DNA of 64,000 bases. It comes from a virus. Lineage: Duplodnaviria; Heunggongvirae; Uroviricota; Caudoviricetes. The notes below the pieces were generated by a model. The model ran no database searches and was not told the origin of the DNA. It saw only the letters and a list, made by a program, of their open reading frames with translations. The position numbers and the translations under genes were made by a program. Shown here one piece after another: positions 49,882 to 59,136 of the stretch. The stretch is taken from the IMG/VR virus record IMGVR_UViG_3300008114_000011; one strand, given 5' to 3'. Every line of letters begins with the position of its first letter. Position 1 is the stretch's first letter.

Positions 49882-51462
49882 ATGAACTTTTTAGAAATTT
49901 ATTATACCGATGTGTATAAAACAGGACACAAACCAATGCTACCAGTGGGTAGTGTTTTGATGCAATCAAATTTTACACCAAGGAGTGGTAAATATAGCAA
50001 TTGTCCAAATAATGGTAAAATTGTTTCGTTTGGTCAACAAATGATGGTGAGAAAAATGAAACAAGATTGGGATGTTAACTTTTTTCAAAGACCAATTGAA
50101 GAAATCGATCAATTTGGGAAGGATTTAACAGATATGTTAATGCTGAGTGATCCTTTTGATGTTACTCACTTCAAAGAACTACATAAATTGGGATATCTTC
50201 CGATTGAGTTTAGAGCAATCACTGAAGGTGAGAGAATTCCGTATAAAATACCATTATCGACTATCGTTAATACTAAACCTTTAAATGGTCAAGTTTTTGA
50301 CTGGATAGTTAATTACTTAGAAACTATTAATTCTGCTGAATCTTGGCAAGCACCAACTTCAGCGACGCTATCATTCGCATTAAGAGAGTTATCAACAAAG
50401 TGGATCACAAAAACAGATCCGGAGAGTTTGTGGTTTGTTGACTATCAAAATCATGATTTCTCAATGAGAGGTATGGGTGGTAAATCAGCTATTGTTAATA
50501 GTGGTTTAGGATTTGCTACTTGTTCGAGAGGTTCAGATACACTACCTGTTATACCAGCTGCTAGAATGTATTATGATGAAAAAGATGTTTGTATCAACTC
50601 TGTTATCGCATCTGAACATGCTATTATGTGTTCATTGACTGGATTTTTCATTAAGACTAAAGATGGTTCTTGGGATAAGGTTGGTAACTTTGAAGTTGAG
50701 ACATTTAGGTATTTATTAAGAACTTTTCCAACTGGAATATTGTCATTAGTATCTGATACTTGGGATTTATGGAGAGTTATTACGGAGTACTGTCAAATAT
50801 TAAAAGATGAAATTTTAGCAAGAGATGGCAAACTTGTTATCCGTCCTGACTCTGGTGATCCAGTAGATATTATTTGTGGTAGCATAACTCCAGATATGTC
50901 TTCTTATAATGAAAGATACAAACAACCTCAATATAAAGGTGTTATCGAGTTATTATGGGATATCTTTGGTGGTACTGAAACATCAACCGGATATAAAAAA
51001 TTAGACTCACACATTGGTGCTATCTATGGTGACTCTATTAACTATAAGAGAGCTGAGAGTATTTATGAAAGATTATCAGCTAAAGGATTTGCAACAACAA
51101 ACATCGTTCTCGGTGTGGGATCCTATTCACTTCAGATGGTAACACGCGATACACATGGTATGGCTCAAAAAGCAACCTACATCGAAATTGAAGTTGATGG
51201 TGATGTTGAAGGTATCAACATCTTTAAAGACCCTATCACTGATGATGGTACTAAAAAATCAGCAACTGGATTACTAAAAGTAGTTAAAGTTGATGGTGAG
51301 TTTACATTAATTGATAAATGTACTTGGGATGATGTTAACTCGGAAGATAATGAGCTGAAAGTTATCTTCAAAGATGGTAAGTTCTATAACGAAACGACTT
51401 TGACCATCATACGTGGGAAGTTAGAGGATCTTGTTTCTAAAGAACAACCTGAATTAGTTTAA
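49882..51462 (+). CDS. nadV: nicotinamide phosphoribosyltransferase (NAMPT/NadV)
   Basis: 526 aa; N-term YYTDVYKTGHKPM; length and blocks SDTWDLW, IRPDSGDP, GAIYGDSI fit NAMPT. Confidence 0.8.
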   Translation: MNFLEIYYTDVYKTGHKPMLPVGSVLMQSNFTPRSGKYSNCPNNGKIVSFGQQMMVRKMKQDWDVNFFQRPIEEIDQFGKDLTDMLMLSDPFDVTHFKELHKLGYLPIEFRAITEGERIPYKIPLSTIVNTKPLNGQVFDWIVNYLETINSAESWQAPTSATLSFALRELSTKWITKTDPESLWFVDYQNHDFSMRGMGGKSAIVNSGLGFATCSRGSDTLPVIPAARMYYDEKDVCINSVIASEHAIMCSLTGFFIKTKDGSWDKVGNFEVETFRYLLRTFPTGILSLVSDTWDLWRVITEYCQILKDEILARDGKLVIRPDSGDPVDIICGSITPDMSSYNERYKQPQYKGVIELLWDIFGGTETSTGYKKLDSHIGAIYGDSINYKRAESIYERLSAKGFATTNIVLGVGSYSLQMVTRDTHGMAQKATYIEIEVDGDVEGINIFKDPITDDGTKKSATGLLKVVKVDGEFTLIDKCTWDDVNSEDNELKVIFKDGKFYNETTLTIIRGKLEDLVSKEQPELV

Positions 51463-51514
51463 TTTAAACAAGGCACCAAACTTGTAAACTAATTTCTTTA
51501 TTCACTCGTTAAAA

Positions 51515-51536
51515 AACCCACTCAATTGAGTGGGTT
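51515..51536. terminator. bidirectional terminator between convergent genes
   Basis: AAAAAA-CCCACTCAA/TTGAGTGGG-TTTTTT perfect palindrome. Confidence 0.8.
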
Positions 51537-51548
51537 TTTTGTTTATAG

Positions 51549-51932
51549 TTATTCAAATATAGATACTTTTATTTGTGGATTTCTAATAAGTTCTCCATAT
51601 TCCATACCATCATCATATGTTATTACACATTCGTAATTTGGATATTCATCTTTTACTTTTTTAATACCACTATTTATATCATTCATTATATCTTTTGTAA
51701 TTTGGAGATCTTTTATATAATCTTCAATTTTCATAAGAGGTGATCCATCCCAATTATTTCGATAATCTACTTTTGGCTCTGGTAACTTTTCAAACTCTAT
51801 TAAAACAAAATCTTCATCATCAATATATTTGATTTTATCAGACTCTATTAAATCAATAAAGCATAATTTTACATAGTCGTAGTCAAAACTATCATCTTCA
51901 ATATTCTCATTAAACTTTTTTAAGTGTTTCAT
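51549..51932 (-). CDS. MKYLK-head family protein
   Basis: 127 aa; N-term MKHLKKFNENIED. Confidence 0.6.
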   Translation of the reverse strand: MKHLKKFNENIEDDSFDYDYVKLCFIDLIESDKIKYIDDEDFVLIEFEKLPEPKVDYRNNWDGSPLMKIEDYIKDLQITKDIMNDINSGIKKVKDEYPNYECVITYDDGMEYGELIRNPQIKVSIFE

Positions 51933-51947
51933 ATTTATCTTTATATT

Positions 51948-53663
51948 TTATGTACAATCTGGACAATCAATTCTACCATCACCATCACATCGATTACACC
52001 AAATTCTACCTTCACCATCACAATCACCACACTCTCTGGTACCATCACCACCACATCTATCACATTCGTTAGTACAGTCACCCTCACATTCAGAACAATC
52101 TTGTTTACCTGATCCACTACAATAAGAACACTCATTTCCCTCATCATCTTCTCCAGTTCCATCACAACTAGAACAGTCTTCTTTTCCAGTTCCTTCGCAG
52201 TTATCACAAGGTAGAGTACCGTGTCCATCACAATTAGAACATTCTACTTCACCAGAGGCACCACATTCTTCACAATCATATCTTCCATCACCCTCACATT
52301 CATAGCAATCAATTCTTTCATCACCACCACATCTTTCACATTCTTCTCCATTACCACCATCAGTTTCTCTTAGTTCGTAATAGTTACTATTTATTACTAA
52401 TTTTTGCTCATTTGTTAAGAATCCATAATCCCATTCATAATAACAAAGAGTATCTAAATAAGGGTATTTACTAAAGCCGTTCATTTCTAAATCAACTTTA
52501 ATTGTTCCGATGTTTGAATCAGAACCATTAAACATAAACTCTTCCTCTGAAATATTTTGATTTTTCTTATAAACATATCCCATTTTAATTGCGTATTTAA
52601 TAAACAATTCTTGGTCTGGTGAATTACTCACATAAATTCTATCCATAAATGGTTTTCCTTCTGATTCGGTATGTTTTACTAAATTATATTTCGTTATTAC
52701 TCCTTCATCATCACCACCATCCCATGGCATATATTCTGGTTTTTTCCAAAGAAGAGCTCTACCTATAATTTTAGTTGGATCTTCTTTAGATTTTAATATA
52801 ACTAATCCAACACTTTTAGGATTTTTAGAATATATGTTTAAGTAGTCTTGACATCTAGCATGTCTCATACAAGATGCTCCTAAAGTATGATTACCACCTC
52901 GATAATAATTACCTTCATAATAAAACTTTTTAATATCATCACCTTCAACCAATTCAAAATCAGAGAATATATTTTCTTTTTTAGCTTTAGTGGCAATTGA
53001 AAACTTAGTTACAAAATCTTCAACTTCAGTTCCTTTAACTTCTTTACCAGCTTTCTTCAATAGTGATTGAACGAATGATCCAACTCTAACTTCTTGTGAG
53101 GAAACCGCTCCCTCACCAATTTTAAGACCATAATCTTCAATGATAAGATCAATATTCTCACCACTTCTATTAAATCTTATATGATAAATTTTACGTCCTT
53201 GATCAAGATACCATTTTAATCTATTTTTTACATCCTCATCATTAAAATCATCAATACTTGTTATCTGTTTAGTAATAGTAGCTTTTTGGTTTCTTTGAAG
53301 TAATTCATACCAATTCAAAAAACCTTTTTCGACTCTTGGATCTTCAAATAATTTAGCAAATGATGTAAATATTTCTTTTGATAAGATAGACAATGATGCG
53401 CCAAAATCAATTATAACACAAGAGTTTTTAGACTTTTTATCGGATTTAAATTGTATAAAGTTGTCTTTATCATCAGAAATATCAATAAAGTTTGTATCAA
53501 CATCAACGTCAACACCCTCTAAATCTAAAATCTCTTTTGAAAGTGGACTATTAACCGACTTCAAAATTTCTTTGAAATCATCTTTATAAACCATATTACC
53601 TTCAAGTAGTAAATTGAGTTTACTCTCGTTTAGGAAACTATCATATCTTAAAATATTACTCAT
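51948..53663 (-). CDS. large protein with about 12 tandem CxxCxGxG (DnaJ-type zinc-finger-like) repeats at the C-terminus
   Basis: C-term CERCGGD..CYECEGDG..CEECGASG..CSNCDGHG..CDNCEGTG..CSSCDGTG..CSYCSGSG..CDRCGGDG..CGDCDGEG..CNRCDGDG..CPDC. N-terminal domain paralogous to 61155..62276. Confidence 0.75.
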   Translation of the reverse strand: MSNILRYDSFLNESKLNLLLEGNMVYKDDFKEILKSVNSPLSKEILDLEGVDVDVDTNFIDISDDKDNFIQFKSDKKSKNSCVIIDFGASLSILSKEIFTSFAKLFEDPRVEKGFLNWYELLQRNQKATITKQITSIDDFNDEDVKNRLKWYLDQGRKIYHIRFNRSGENIDLIIEDYGLKIGEGAVSSQEVRVGSFVQSLLKKAGKEVKGTEVEDFVTKFSIATKAKKENIFSDFELVEGDDIKKFYYEGNYYRGGNHTLGASCMRHARCQDYLNIYSKNPKSVGLVILKSKEDPTKIIGRALLWKKPEYMPWDGGDDEGVITKYNLVKHTESEGKPFMDRIYVSNSPDQELFIKYAIKMGYVYKKNQNISEEEFMFNGSDSNIGTIKVDLEMNGFSKYPYLDTLCYYEWDYGFLTNEQKLVINSNYYELRETDGGNGEECERCGGDERIDCYECEGDGRYDCEECGASGEVECSNCDGHGTLPCDNCEGTGKEDCSSCDGTGEDDEGNECSYCSGSGKQDCSECEGDCTNECDRCGGDGTRECGDCDGEGRIWCNRCDGDGRIDCPDCT

Positions 53664-53753
53664 AACTTATATATAAAAATGTTTAACTTAAAAAAATTTT
53701 TTCACATTTTATGAAAAGAAACTTTTCGATTTTGATAATAAATATATACTATT

Positions 53754-54587
53754 ATGGAAAAGGGATATATTTATAAAATAATTTCACCAACTAACAGGAT
53801 TTATATTGGTAAAACTTTTAATTTGGAAAAGAGAGTAAGATCTTATAAAGGTTTATGGTGTAAAAAACAAAGAGTTTTGTATAAATCATTAGTTAAATAT
53901 GGTTGGGATAAACATAGTTTTGAGATACTATTTGAAGATTTTTGTAGTGAGGAATATTTATCTGAGTTGGAGACAAAGTATATAATTGAATATAATAGTT
54001 TTCGAAGATACAACTATAAATTTGGAATGAATTTAACTCTTGGTGGTGAAGGATCTTGTGGATTAAAACATACGGATAAAACTAAAAAAATGATATCCGA
54101 AACTAAGAAAAAGGCTAAAAGAACGGAGAAAGAGATTTTAGCAAGTGAAAAAAGAAGAGGGACTAAGGTTTATAAAAGTGAAGAGTGGATTAAAAATAAC
54201 GCAGAGAGTATAAAAAAACCAATATTGCAATATGATTTGGATGGTAATTTTATCAAAGAATGGAAAAGTGCTAAAGATATTGAATTGGAATTGGGATTTT
54301 CTAGGAAAAACATTTCCTGTAATGTTAGATATAAAAGTAATAGTGCATTTAACTTTATATGGATTTTTAAAAATGCCGATCTTAAAATAGATGATATTCT
54401 AATAAGGAGAAAAAGAGAAAGAAAAAAACCAACTAATAGTATTAAGGTTTTAGATATTGAATGTAATATTGTCTATGATAGTATAATGGATGTAGTTAAA
54501 AATACTAACATGACATATGCTAAAGTTTATCGAGTTATATACAGTAATGATGAGAATAAAAAGTATATTATATATGAAGAGAAATAA
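53754..54587 (+). CDS. GIY-YIG homing endonuclease
   Basis: GYIYKIISPTNRIYIGKTFNLEKRVRSY; NUMOD-like HTDKTKKMISETKKKA. Confidence 0.8.
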   Translation: MEKGYIYKIISPTNRIYIGKTFNLEKRVRSYKGLWCKKQRVLYKSLVKYGWDKHSFEILFEDFCSEEYLSELETKYIIEYNSFRRYNYKFGMNLTLGGEGSCGLKHTDKTKKMISETKKKAKRTEKEILASEKRRGTKVYKSEEWIKNNAESIKKPILQYDLDGNFIKEWKSAKDIELELGFSRKNISCNVRYKSNSAFNFIWIFKNADLKIDDILIRRKRERKKPTNSIKVLDIECNIVYDSIMDVVKNTNMTYAKVYRVIYSNDENKKYIIYEEK

Positions 54588-54594
54588 AATATCT

Positions 54595-54978
54595 ATGGAT
54601 TTTGATAGCACTATGTCACGTAAAGATGTACAAGAATACGCAACCAAACTAGTAAATGAAGGTTATGAAGTTTGGATTGTAACAAGTCGATGTGCTACTG
54701 AACCAGCTTTAGCCAAGGGTTGGTGGTGGGTTGAAAAACAAAATCAAGAGTTATATGATGTTGCTGAATTGGTTGGTATTCCAAGAGAAAGAATACAATT
54801 TACAGAACACGTTGATAAGATTGAGTTTTTAGAAGGTAAAAACTTTATTTTTCATTTAGATGATGATCCGGATGAATTATGGGCTATTATTAGAAGTGGT
54901 GATCCTTGTAAACCGGTAAATGTTGAACATTTTGAATGGTTAGAAACTTGTAAAGAAATTTTAAAAAAATGTAAATAA
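54595..54978 (+). CDS. HAD-like phosphatase (tentative)
   Basis: MDFDSTMS (DxDxT motif I) at N-terminus, VTSR, HLDDDPDE; alternative ATG at 54574. Confidence 0.45.
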   Translation: MDFDSTMSRKDVQEYATKLVNEGYEVWIVTSRCATEPALAKGWWWVEKQNQELYDVAELVGIPRERIQFTEHVDKIEFLEGKNFIFHLDDDPDELWAIIRSGDPCKPVNVEHFEWLETCKEILKKCK

Positions 54979-55133
54979 TATTAAACTTTTTTTTATTTTT
55001 GTAAAAAAAGTAATTATGAATAAGTGTAGAAGTAGAGAAATTAAACCGTTGAAAAGAAGATATAGAAAACAAGTTAAATTTCATAATTATTTGAAAGAAT
55101 TTTTGTTCGATTTAAGAATTTTATTACAGTAAT

Positions 55134-55571
55134 ATGATTAATATAGGTGATAAACAAATAGAATGTTCTGTTCATGTTGTTCAGACATCAAAATTATCAA
55201 ATATAAGACGATTTGATGATACTTATGATATTTTAGGTAAGAATATACCAGGTGGTGAAAATTGTTTATTAGAGTTTCGTATTTTTGATAAAGTAGTTGC
55301 TACTTCTGACTTAGAAGATGAATACCCAAATATCGGATATGATTTTATTTGGACTTGGATTAAAAGTCCAAGTATTAGATCAGTTAAGGTTTCCTATGAT
55401 AGTGATAACAAAGTTAAAATACACAATGGTGTTGTAGTTGTTTCACCAGTTAAAAAGTTATATTCTGAAACAGATGTTATTGATATGTTATCATATGCTT
55501 TAACTAGTGATAGTAGTGAAAATATTAAAGAAAAAATAATTGAAGTGTTGGGTTGGTTTAAAACTAAATAG
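55134..55571 (+). CDS. hypothetical protein
   Basis: 145 aa ORF. Confidence 0.5.
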   Translation: MINIGDKQIECSVHVVQTSKLSNIRRFDDTYDILGKNIPGGENCLLEFRIFDKVVATSDLEDEYPNIGYDFIWTWIKSPSIRSVKVSYDSDNKVKIHNGVVVVSPVKKLYSETDVIDMLSYALTSDSSENIKEKIIEVLGWFKTK

Positions 55572-55576
55572 TTTTT

Positions 55577-56014
55577 ATGAGGAGTTGGATTTTGTTTTTG
55601 ATTTTTTTACCATTTGTTACTTTCTCTCAATGGAATTTACATGAGGAAGTAACAAGTGGTTTAGATGCTTATAGAGTTGCTGATATTAAATCAGGTAATA
55701 GTGAATTGTTATTACAAGAGTATTATGAAGATGTTATGTTTTGTTTACATGACTCTACTTTTATTTCTGATACACAGACCGTAGTTTTAGAAATAACATA
55801 TGGTTTAGAAACAAAAACTTTTATCCTAAAAGACTTAATTGTTAATGACTATACTATTATACTATCTCCTGATGTAAAAAAAGAAGAATATTTTAATTAT
55901 TTGGAATTATCAAGGTCTATTAAAATTTCTTTAGTAGGAACTTCACCAACAAAGTGTTATCAGTTTAGTACAATAGGTACTATTAATGCTTATAACTACA
56001 TTATAGATTTATAA
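55577..56014 (+). CDS. secreted hypothetical protein
   Basis: Signal-like N-term MRSWILFLIFLPFVTFSQ. Confidence 0.55.
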   Translation: MRSWILFLIFLPFVTFSQWNLHEEVTSGLDAYRVADIKSGNSELLLQEYYEDVMFCLHDSTFISDTQTVVLEITYGLETKTFILKDLIVNDYTIILSPDVKKEEYFNYLELSRSIKISLVGTSPTKCYQFSTIGTINAYNYIIDL

Positions 56015-56024
56015 ATTAAGAAAC

Positions 56025-57749
56025 ATGAAAAGAATATTATTTTTACTAACACTATTATTATCATTTAGTTCATTAGCAACTAATTATTATATTAGTTCAA
56101 CCGGAAACAATACAAACAATGGAACATCATCTATTACACCAAAATTAACATTAGCAAACGTTTTCAGCACCTATAATTTAGGTTCTAATGATACTATTTT
56201 CGTTGAAGCAGGAACTTATTCTGAGACAGGTATTACTGTTGGTACTGATGATGAAGGTTTTGTAATTTCTGGTGCGGCTTTATCATCTGGTGTACCTACA
56301 TCTATTTTTGATGCAGGTAGTACCGCAAGATGGTTATTGTTAAATAACACAAATAATGATAATATCACAATCACTAAATTAATTATAAAGGATCATAAAA
56401 ATTCTGATGGAGGTGATCCAGGAGGTGGTGGAGCAATTAAAATAATTGCTGGATGTACAGGATTTAAAGCAACTTATTGTCAGTTTGATAATTGTGATAC
56501 AAGAACTGCCTCTTTACATCACCGAGGTGGTGTTATTTATTCTGCTGAGGGAATAACCATCGATTATTGTACTTTCAAAAATTGTAATGCTGAATATTAT
56601 GGTGGTGCTATTTCAATAGAATTATCACCAACATCATCATCATCAATAAAACATTCAATTTTTTATTCAAATACCGCTACTAATTACGGAGGTGCTATAT
56701 TCTTTGGTGTTGGATCTACCTCTACTCTAACATTAGAAAACTGTTTATTTTATGAAAATAATACATCATCAGGAGAGGCTGTTATTGTTGCTATGAATAC
56801 ATATAGTACATTAAATATTATGAACTGTACTATAACTGCTAATGGTAATGCTTCTGTTGGAACTGGAGGTGTTTTGGCTTTATCATCAGCTAAAATAAAT
56901 TTAATAAATACAATTATTTATAATAATTTAGGTAATACTTTCAATGATGTTTATAATAATGCCGCTACCGTTAACATGACAAATTGTTGTTATGGAAATT
57001 CAGCTGAGATAAAATCAGCTACATCAAATACATCACCGTTAATATCAAATCCACTATTCACAAATAGTGCTAGTGATGATTATACACTTTCTGGTACATC
57101 ACCTTGTATAGATTGGGGAACAACAACCGGAGCACCAACTGATGATTTGAGACATTATAGTCGTATTGGTAATCCAGATGTTGGATGTTATGAATCAAAT
57201 GGTATTGCTTTACCAATTGAGTTGATTTACTTTAAAGTTAAATTTGAAGATGGTGTTGTTAAATTAAGATGGTCAACAGCATCAGAACACAATAATGATT
57301 ATTTCACAATTGAAAAGTCAAAAGATGGTTTAGATTATGATATAGTTACAACTCTACCAGGTGCTGGTAATTCAACTCAAAGAATAAACTATCAAGCAAT
57401 TGATCGAAATATTGAAACTGGAATAACTTACTATCGATTAAAACAAACTGATTATAATGGTGATTATAAAAGAACAGATTGGGAGTCTATATTAATTCAA
57501 TTAAATATTGAGAACTTAACGGTTTATCCAAATCCAATTACAAATGAAATAAATGTTTCTTTACATTCATCTTTTAGTAAGGTTGAAGACTTATTGATAT
57601 ATGATTTAACCGGTAAACAATTTTATAAAAAATCATTAGATTTACAATTAGGTGATAATTATTTTGATGTAGAGTTACCACAACTTTCTAAAGGTCTTTA
57701 CATACTACAAATAGGTGATAAGAAACTTAAACTTGAATATAATGATTAA
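56025..57749 (+). CDS. secreted beta-helix-like protein with T9SS C-terminal sorting domain
   Basis: Signal peptide MKRILFLLTLLLSFSSLA. Repetitive G/N/T-rich segments (GGAI.I, YGGAIS, YGGAIFF). C-term LTVYPNPITNEINVSL...DLTGKQFYKKSL...LSKGLYILQIGDKKLKLEY is typical of the Por/T9SS CTD. Confidence 0.75.
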   Translation: MKRILFLLTLLLSFSSLATNYYISSTGNNTNNGTSSITPKLTLANVFSTYNLGSNDTIFVEAGTYSETGITVGTDDEGFVISGAALSSGVPTSIFDAGSTARWLLLNNTNNDNITITKLIIKDHKNSDGGDPGGGGAIKIIAGCTGFKATYCQFDNCDTRTASLHHRGGVIYSAEGITIDYCTFKNCNAEYYGGAISIELSPTSSSSIKHSIFYSNTATNYGGAIFFGVGSTSTLTLENCLFYENNTSSGEAVIVAMNTYSTLNIMNCTITANGNASVGTGGVLALSSAKINLINTIIYNNLGNTFNDVYNNAATVNMTNCCYGNSAEIKSATSNTSPLISNPLFTNSASDDYTLSGTSPCIDWGTTTGAPTDDLRHYSRIGNPDVGCYESNGIALPIELIYFKVKFEDGVVKLRWSTASEHNNDYFTIEKSKDGLDYDIVTTLPGAGNSTQRINYQAIDRNIETGITYYRLKQTDYNGDYKRTDWESILIQLNIENLTVYPNPITNEINVSLHSSFSKVEDLLIYDLTGKQFYKKSLDLQLGDNYFDVELPQLSKGLYILQIGDKKLKLEYND

Positions 57750-58476
57750 ACAAAAATTAGACGAATACTTAGAGTTTGATTCATCTTTGTTATTTGGTGA
57801 TGATACTTTCATCACTAATGAATTAAAAGATCGTGGAATAATTTATAATAAGTTAGTTAGAGTTTTTGGTGGAGCTTTAAGAGATATTATAGCCGGTCAA
57901 AAAATCAATGATGTGGATATATTAATTGGTACTAAATCAATGAATTTTGTTGATAAAGTATTAGTTGAGAATGGATATATTTATCATGAAAATTTAGCAC
58001 CTAAAGATCTATCATCTGTTTATGATATGAATATGGTTATATCTGAACCCTATTCTTATGTTAAAGGAACTAAAGTGGTTCAACTTATAAGACCAAGAGT
58101 TATGTCTGTTGAAAGACCATCCGATGTTACTCAAGATTTATACACGCAAACGTTTATTGATTTGATTGCTAATGTTGATATTAGTTGTTGTGGTATATCT
58201 TATGATGGTAAAAACTTATATCAAAACTATCCAGGTGCTATTTCACATGCTAAACATAGAAAGTTTCTTGTAAATAACTTAGCTAAAATGTATAATCAAA
58301 AAAGAATTAGTTCTAGAAGATGGAAGCTGATAAATAGAGGTTGGGAAGAGTTGAATGGAGTTGCTGATTATAGAGATTTTAAAATAGATGCTATTTTTGA
58401 TATCGAAAATTTTGAATATATAGATGAATCAAAAACCATAAATAAAAAGAAGAATAAAGAGTTCGATTTGTGGTAA
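57742..58476 (+). CDS. nucleotidyltransferase of the CCA-adding/poly(A) polymerase family (head domain)
   Basis: VRVFGGALRDIIAGQKINDVDILIG matches the GGxVRDxLLG..x.DxD motif; ATG 57742 overlaps upstream stop. Confidence 0.65.
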   Translation: MIKQKLDEYLEFDSSLLFGDDTFITNELKDRGIIYNKLVRVFGGALRDIIAGQKINDVDILIGTKSMNFVDKVLVENGYIYHENLAPKDLSSVYDMNMVISEPYSYVKGTKVVQLIRPRVMSVERPSDVTQDLYTQTFIDLIANVDISCCGISYDGKNLYQNYPGAISHAKHRKFLVNNLAKMYNQKRISSRRWKLINRGWEELNGVADYRDFKIDAIFDIENFEYIDESKTINKKKNKEFDLW

Positions 58477-58499
58477 TAAAAATAAAAAATAAAAAATAA

Positions 58500-59033
58500 A
58501 TGAGAAAACCCTTTAAGAGAGTAGAACCAAAAAGAAAACACAAAATTAATTTAGAAATAACATCAAGTGATGTTAGATTGATTGGTAATGGAGAACCAAT
58601 CGTTATTTCTAGAAATGAAGCTATTAGAATGGCTGAAGCAGAGGAAAAAGATTTGATTATGATTAATGAAAATCAAACTCCACCTATTGTTAGAATTGAG
58701 GACTACAACAAATTTCTTTATAATCAAGAAAAGATTGAGAAAGAGAAAAAGAAAAATGCTGTTAAATCCTCTTTAAAAGAAATACAATTATCGGTTAATA
58801 TATCAGATCATGATTTAGAAACTAAATCTAAAAAAGGTAGAGAGTTTTTAAGTGACGGTGATAAAGTAAAAGTTGTTATCTCTTTAAAAGGTAGAGAGAA
58901 AGCATCTCCAGAAAGAGGTGAGTTAGTTATGTTAAAATTTGCTCAATCCGTTGAAGAGTTTGGTACACCAGAGGCACTTCCTAAATTAGAATCCGGAAAG
59001 TGGTTAATGATTTTGAAATGTAAAAAGAAATAA
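58500..59033 (+). CDS. infC: translation initiation factor IF-3
   Basis: INLEITSSDVRLIGNGEPIVISRNEAIRMAEAEEKDLIMINENQTPPIVRIEDYNKFLY...KEIQLSVNISDHDLETKSKKGREFLSDGDKVKVVISLKGRE follows the two-domain IF-3 pattern. Confidence 0.85.
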   Translation: MRKPFKRVEPKRKHKINLEITSSDVRLIGNGEPIVISRNEAIRMAEAEEKDLIMINENQTPPIVRIEDYNKFLYNQEKIEKEKKKNAVKSSLKEIQLSVNISDHDLETKSKKGREFLSDGDKVKVVISLKGREKASPERGELVMLKFAQSVEEFGTPEALPKLESGKWLMILKCKKK

Positions 59034-59136
59034 CTATCTTCACTTTATGAAGAAAACCATTCTAATATTAGGATTTTTTTTAGGAGCTATTGCCGGTATG
59101 ATAGCTTATAAATTAGAAAAACTATTCAAATGAGTA

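Noticed and set aside
51924-52231. ORFs 51924..52112 (+) and 51941..52231 (-) with T/I/V-rich repetitive products
   Set aside because: They lie within or antisense to the CxxCxGxG repeat region of 51948..53663. The periodic Cys/Gly/Asp codons keep other frames open, and the products are pure low complexity.
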